NCBI GenBank assembly: GCA_965371515.1 | Contig: CBDUYR010000035.1 | Coordinates: 1-28,464, forward strand | DNA: 28,464 nucleotides | Direction: 5' to 3' | Source: an uncultured bacterium | GTDB lineage: Bacteria; Krumholzibacteriota; Krumholzibacteriia; Krumholzibacteriales; Krumholzibacteriaceae | The notes under the pieces: model-generated | Told to the model about the DNA's origin: nothing | Databases searched by the model: none | What the model saw: the letters and a program-made list of their open reading frames with translations, nothing else | Made by a program: the position numbers and the translations under genes | Shown: piece after piece, positions 24,200-28,464 of the stretch | Numbering within the stretch: the first letter of the stretch is position 1 | Layout of the letters: each line of letters opens with the position of its first letter

Positions 24200-27100
24200 C
24201 TATTTCAGTATTGCGACCTTCCTGGACCCGCTCCAGTCCTCTCCCCCACCCTGTACGCGCACGTGACAGAGATAGATCCCGCTGGCGAGCCCTCCGGTCG
24301 GCACGTTCGTCTCGAACGGCACGGTGCCGGCCCATTCGTGCCTCGATGTCGAGTTATATACCTCTGTCCCCTCGAGATTGAATAGCCTTACCGTAACTTC
24401 CGCGCTGCCGGATATATCCAGTCTCACCTTGAATGTGTTTCCCGGCGCTGGATTCGGGTAGCATATCAACGAGTTCCCATCGACAAGCGCAGCGTCGCCG
24501 GGATCCAGCCCCGGCCTTCGCTGCCTGTTCGATCCAGAGTCATCATGACGAAAAGTCAACCAGGCACCATCGTAATCATATAGCTCTCCGGAATCGATCC
24601 TCGTCACGGTCGAGATTCCCGGGTAAAACGTCGTTCCGGTCTGATCGGGTCCAGCGATACCGCCCGAGCCCCCGGATATGACGAAATACATGAAGCTGTC
24701 ACCGCCCCAGATTACAGCGGGGGTGATCGAATGGTCTCCCTCTCCCCTGATCGGCCAGCCATCCAGGAGCTGCGTATCATAGTGATAGGCTCGAAGCTCT
24801 CCGGCAACATTGAATATCGCCTTCAATCTCCCGTCACCCTCTACAGCGACAGCCAGGGGCTGGGCAGGTGTCGTATCAGGTTCGATCATAACCAGACGGT
24901 CCTCGAGCCTTACCGGCCACCCGGTCACGACGGTACCGAATCCAGTCAGCAGGTAAAGCCCTTCGCGATCGCGGATGATCGTCTCGAGTATACCGTCGCC
25001 ATCGATGTCCGCCAGAGAAGGCGGCGACGGGCGTACCAGACTTATTGAAGAAGATTCGACGCCTCTCGCGATGTCGATGTACAAGATATCGCTTCCTGGG
25101 AGAGCCAGGACGATATCGTCCGTACCGTTGTGGTCTATATCACCGGAAGCGGGCAGCAGCAGGTCATCCGAATCGTAGCTTCCGTTGATGCTCCAGGAGA
25201 TGCTGCTGATGCCGGGTGTACCATGCTCGATCCTGATATAAAAAAATCTCAGCTGACCATCCGGTCCTGTTATGACCGTACAGAATCCGCCGCTATCAAG
25301 AGCGCTGTCGTCCATGTATAGTACCGGGTGGGTTATCATCCTTCCCGGCGAGATGACCATTTCGAATACTCCCTCGCCTACGATGGATCCACCCTGAAGT
25401 TCGTGTGCAAGTTCATGCCCGAGCAGGTACATCCATGTAGTATCGCCGTCCGAGACAAGAAAGACCGCTTCTGACCCGTAGGTACCGTCAGCCTCCATGC
25501 CCAATGGCATGCTGACGATCTCACCCTTCACATCGAGTGAACCTGGCATCGGGCCTGTATTTATTGGAAAGGAAGAGCCATCGATGTTGTATGCATGGAT
25601 CCTCCCGTCCCTTGAGCCCGCCATGAGTTCAGGAACAGAATTATTATCGAGATCCGTTACTATTGGAGAACCGGTCCATACTGCTTCCGGTATATCTACT
25701 ACCAGGTCGAACGACCCGTCCCAGTCTTCTGCACCTATGTCCCGGGCGATATATATTTTGCCCGTGTCTGCCGCCTGTATGATCTCCGCGTCGTTATTGT
25801 CTTCGAGCATGCTGAAGATCGGCGGCAGGTTCATTACGGTCCCGTCGATCTCGCCTGTCACACGGGGCAGTTCCTCGCCAAACGCGATCGAGATACCCAT
25901 CACAGGGCCTGGACTCGAGAGGATAGTTATCTCGAGACCGGTCGGCGTCCCGGTGTTGGCAAAACTCGCGGGAATCGTTTCGGGGCCGAACTCCGAATAC
26001 CAGCCGTCCCTGTACGAATCTCCCCAGCTGCCGAAGGCATGGCTTCCGCCCGGCCGGTCGAGGTCCTGTACGCCGTCGGCCTCTTCCAGGTCAACGCCGC
26101 TGACGCCGGGATCGTCATTGGGATAACGGCCGATGCTCAGACGGTTCCTTATTATCGTCTCGTCTATGTGCCATATCATGATGCCGCTGCCGGTATCGAC
26201 GATCTTGACCTGCTCGCCGCCGATATCCTCGTAATGGAACGGGTTGGTCGTCGCTGTGAGAAAGAAGTCGAACTCCGCTCCGAGCAGAGTGTCCTCGTTC
26301 TCGGGGAAGCCGTTGCCGTTCACATCGCCGAAATCGAAACGGCCGTTCATATTCCCGTCGTGTACCCTGTTGGAAACGAGAAAATACTCGGTGGGGCTTA
26401 TCTCGATCTTCACGAGCGATGTATCCGTCGGCGCGGATGTGTTGATGTCGGTGACATTCACCTGCCCGTCATCTTCGACCTCGACCGGCGATATCCATCC
26501 CATCAGGTACCTGTGGAACGCGCATGGAAGGGCCGGTATGAAACCGGAGGCATTGTAGAGGCCGTATCCCAACAGGCCGAACGCCCCTATCCCCTGCGAG
26601 TCGGGGTAGCCGGAAGGCGTCGTGTCGTACATCGGGATCATGCCGAGCCTCATCCCGACCTGGTAGGCATATATTCCCAGGGACCCGAATATAAGACCGT
26701 CCTGCGAGGCGTTCTCCGGCAGGACCATCACGTTGTCGACATAGAAGGTGTCTCCCGCCACGAGGTCATTTGTCGGAACTCCGGGTGTTCCGAGCGTATC
26801 GGCGAGAACAGCTTCCATCTCGGCAGGATCGATAAAACCCGACCAGAGCTGCCAGGACGAGTCGCCGGCAAAGTCGGTCTCCTGCCCCGGACCGGGATGT
26901 ATCAGCGCGAATGCGTCGTACCGTGAAAAATCGATCACGTCGTCGTTCTTCGCCACCACCTCCATGAGGATCTCCGACACCCTTTCCTCCCAGAGGTTAT
27001 CATCGCCGTAATATGCCGCGTCGAAACTGAGCGTCGTGACACCTGCCGCGATCTCCCATCCGAGACCGAACGCCCCCACGGACGCTCCTCTGAAATATTC

Positions 27101-27388
27101 CCAAGTGTGCCTCAGCTCGTTGGCAAAATAAAGTGAATCGTGCGGTGGCGATGTGAAATCCATGTCTGCGTACGATACCCTGATCACGAGGAGTTCGAGA
27201 GTATCGGGCGCGCCAAAGCTTCCGGCAAGCAGCCCGGAAAGCGCCATCTGCTGGTAAACGCCGGCCGGGTTCCCCTTCGGCATGGCCGGTATACCGGCCA
27301 CATCCGGCTCCGCGGCGAACGCGCCGGATAAAGCTGCCGCCGCGATAGCAGCGGCGGATATCCTTATGACAGATGCAGGCAAGCGCAT
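24200..27388 (-). CDS. T9SS-CTD secreted protein: inactive M6/immune-inhibitor-A-like domain, FG-GAP-like repeats, CTD
   Basis: Signal peptide; M6-like scaffold motifs (IHPGPGQE, GW, EYFLVSNR, GIMIWHIDE, GVDLEEADG); DLDNN/DIDHNG/DIDGDG repeats; C-terminal CYPNP...FNLEG...LASGIY...KVAILK. Confidence 0.85.
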   Translation of the reverse strand: MRLPASVIRISAAAIAAAALSGAFAAEPDVAGIPAMPKGNPAGVYQQMALSGLLAGSFGAPDTLELLVIRVSYADMDFTSPPHDSLYFANELRHTWEYFRGASVGAFGLGWEIAAGVTTLSFDAAYYGDDNLWEERVSEILMEVVAKNDDVIDFSRYDAFALIHPGPGQETDFAGDSSWQLWSGFIDPAEMEAVLADTLGTPGVPTNDLVAGDTFYVDNVMVLPENASQDGLIFGSLGIYAYQVGMRLGMIPMYDTTPSGYPDSQGIGAFGLLGYGLYNASGFIPALPCAFHRYLMGWISPVEVEDDGQVNVTDINTSAPTDTSLVKIEISPTEYFLVSNRVHDGNMNGRFDFGDVNGNGFPENEDTLLGAEFDFFLTATTNPFHYEDIGGEQVKIVDTGSGIMIWHIDETIIRNRLSIGRYPNDDPGVSGVDLEEADGVQDLDRPGGSHAFGSWGDSYRDGWYSEFGPETIPASFANTGTPTGLEITILSSPGPVMGISIAFGEELPRVTGEIDGTVMNLPPIFSMLEDNNDAEIIQAADTGKIYIARDIGAEDWDGSFDLVVDIPEAVWTGSPIVTDLDNNSVPELMAGSRDGRIHAYNIDGSSFPINTGPMPGSLDVKGEIVSMPLGMEADGTYGSEAVFLVSDGDTTWMYLLGHELAHELQGGSIVGEGVFEMVISPGRMITHPVLYMDDSALDSGGFCTVITGPDGQLRFFYIRIEHGTPGISSISWSINGSYDSDDLLLPASGDIDHNGTDDIVLALPGSDILYIDIARGVESSSISLVRPSPPSLADIDGDGILETIIRDREGLYLLTGFGTVVTGWPVRLEDRLVMIEPDTTPAQPLAVAVEGDGRLKAIFNVAGELRAYHYDTQLLDGWPIRGEGDHSITPAVIWGGDSFMYFVISGGSGGIAGPDQTGTTFYPGISTVTRIDSGELYDYDGAWLTFRHDDSGSNRQRRPGLDPGDAALVDGNSLICYPNPAPGNTFKVRLDISGSAEVTVRLFNLEGTEVYNSTSRHEWAGTVPFETNVPTGGLASGIYLCHVRVQGGGEDWSGSRKVAILK

Positions 27389-27403
27389 GTCCGATGAATA
27401 ATA

Positions 27404-27431
27404 AGTTTATGTCCGGGACTCATCAAGTCAA
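27404..27431 (-). promoter_or_regulatory. Possible sigma70 promoter for the M6-like gene
   Basis: TTGACT-16 bp-TAAACT, overlapping TTGATG-17 bp-TATTAT. The leader is very short and has no clear SD. Confidence 0.4.
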
Positions 27432-27443
27432 ATGCGGGCTCAG

Positions 27444-27510
27444 AAAAAAGTCGGGGAGAGTGAAGATCTCTTGCCGCCCCTGTTCAGCAATCGCTTTCTT
27501 CACTCTCCCC
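27444..27510 (-). terminator. Long hairpin terminator after the Fn3-like gene
   Basis: 14-bp perfect inverted repeat GGGGAGAGTGAAGA (27453-27466) / TCTTCACTCTCCCC (27497-27510), inner UUGCUG/CGGCAA stem, then GACUUUUUU on the minus strand. Confidence 0.75.
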
Positions 27511-27555
27511 TTTGGTCGACCTTCCGGGTAACGGAAACCTTATTTAAGTGCCAGC

Positions 27556-28464
27556 TTAAGGTAAGGTGTTCTGCCGCTGCAGGATTCTATCATCGTCCTG
27601 TACTCCCGACCTGTTCGTCGGGGGGACTTGTCGACCTTCTGGAAAACCGTTCATTATCTTTATTCCACCGGTCTCTTCGGAACCGGATGTCAGCGTGATG
27701 TTCGCGTCCTCCTCGTCGCCTGTCGGCCTGGGCATCAGGTCCGTGTTGCCGGGATCGGTCTGATAGGCCCACCAGAAGTCCGTGTGACCGTCGGCGACCG
27801 TGTGCACCCAGAGTTTCACGTAGTAGTGATCGCCGTCTGGATCGCCGAGCCGGAGTATGTAACAGTGACCTTCGATCACTTCCACCGATCCTGTGGGTGA
27901 CCATCCATCGGTCGGAGCGGTGTTGATATCATCGAAACCATACGGCCACTCACCAGTGAAACCATAATCCTGTATCATCACTCTCGGCATAGTAACCGAG
28001 AACAGGTTCACGGCGCCGGTCGTATCGAACACAATGTCAGTTGACAGCAGTGAGCAATCCTGCGCGATATTGCTCAATGGAGTGAAATCGTACCCGCAGG
28101 AATCGGAATAAACTTCCGCGTCGTAGAGCCTCAGAAACCCTTCCGGCCTCGGCGTCGCGCTCACATCTTCGTAGCTCAGCTCGCTGAAATTGTCAGCCTC
28201 GTCGTAAGCGGATACCGCGTAATAGAACTGTTCACCGTTTGCAGGCTCACCGGATTCGATAAAATCACCGAAATCGAAATGGTATTCGTAAGGATCCGGA
28301 TCCTCCACGTAGACAGTTCCTATCCTCTCATAGATCCCATAGAGCGAGTCGTTCTTCCATATGTCGTAACCCGCGATGTCGTCCTCCTGGTTCGGATACC
28401 AGCATATCCGCACATAGCCATCGAGATTGACCGCATAGACGCCGCGAGGTGCCGATGGAGGACA
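27556..28464 (-). CDS. Fn3-like domain protein, probably exported (N-terminus beyond the right edge)
   Basis: The frame is open to the window edge: CPPSAPRGVYAVNLDGYVRICWYPNQEDDIAGYDIWK...NGEQFYYAVSAYD...SELS...ATPRPEG, followed by an acidic beta-rich domain. Confidence 0.75.
   Translation of the reverse strand, partial: CPPSAPRGVYAVNLDGYVRICWYPNQEDDIAGYDIWKNDSLYGIYERIGTVYVEDPDPYEYHFDFGDFIESGEPANGEQFYYAVSAYDEADNFSELSYEDVSATPRPEGFLRLYDAEVYSDSCGYDFTPLSNIAQDCSLLSTDIVFDTTGAVNLFSVTMPRVMIQDYGFTGEWPYGFDDINTAPTDGWSPTGSVEVIEGHCYILRLGDPDGDHYYVKLWVHTVADGHTDFWWAYQTDPGNTDLMPRPTGDEEDANITLTSGSEETGGIKIMNGFPEGRQVPPTNRSGVQDDDRILQRQNTLP

Noticed and set aside
1..28464. CRISPR arrays, IS or prophage genes, defence systems, tRNA/rRNA, programmed frameshifts
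   Set aside because: I saw no spaced direct repeats, transposase or integrase motifs, tRNA cloverleafs or split ORFs by eye; tRNAscan and cmscan were not run.

Overview
GC-rich bacterial chromosomal window that is mostly housekeeping and envelope genes, nearly all on the minus strand. In transcription order (right to left): a partial Fn3-like protein, a 1062-aa T9SS-CTD protein with an M6/immune-inhibitor-like domain, a PorV/PorQ-family barrel, lpxH-like (plus strand, convergent), a small coiled-coil protein, a short RpoD/SigA-family sigma factor, an M23 peptidase, an AMIN-amidase-LysM protein, YbbR/CdaR, a PhnD-like binding protein, VanZ, hisS, aspS, a two-lipoprotein (coiled-coil + LysM) unit, phoH, a 7TM-HD hydrolase (PgpH-like), ybeY, a CorC/TlyC CBS protein, DUF502, mgtE, recO, glyQ, glyS, and the start of a secreted protein behind a ~250-nt structured leader. 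T9SS parts, LpxH and a Bacteroidota-style sigma point to an FCB-group diderm outside Bacteroidota proper, possibly Krumholzibacteriota/Latescibacterota-like (inference only). I saw no mobile element, CRISPR array, tRNA or rRNA. The most interesting signals are: (1) a catalytically dead M6 pseudoprotease T9SS cargo next to porV; (2) a c-di-GMP-I-like leader RNA with an altered ligand-contact base; (3) an orphan CdaR coupled to an orphan PhnD-like protein, with a PgpH-like hydrolase nearby; (4) a structured RNA heading the sigma-factor leader; (5) a lipoprotein pair under tandem sigma54 and sigma70 promoters. All family assignments come from motif recognition by eye, not from database searches.
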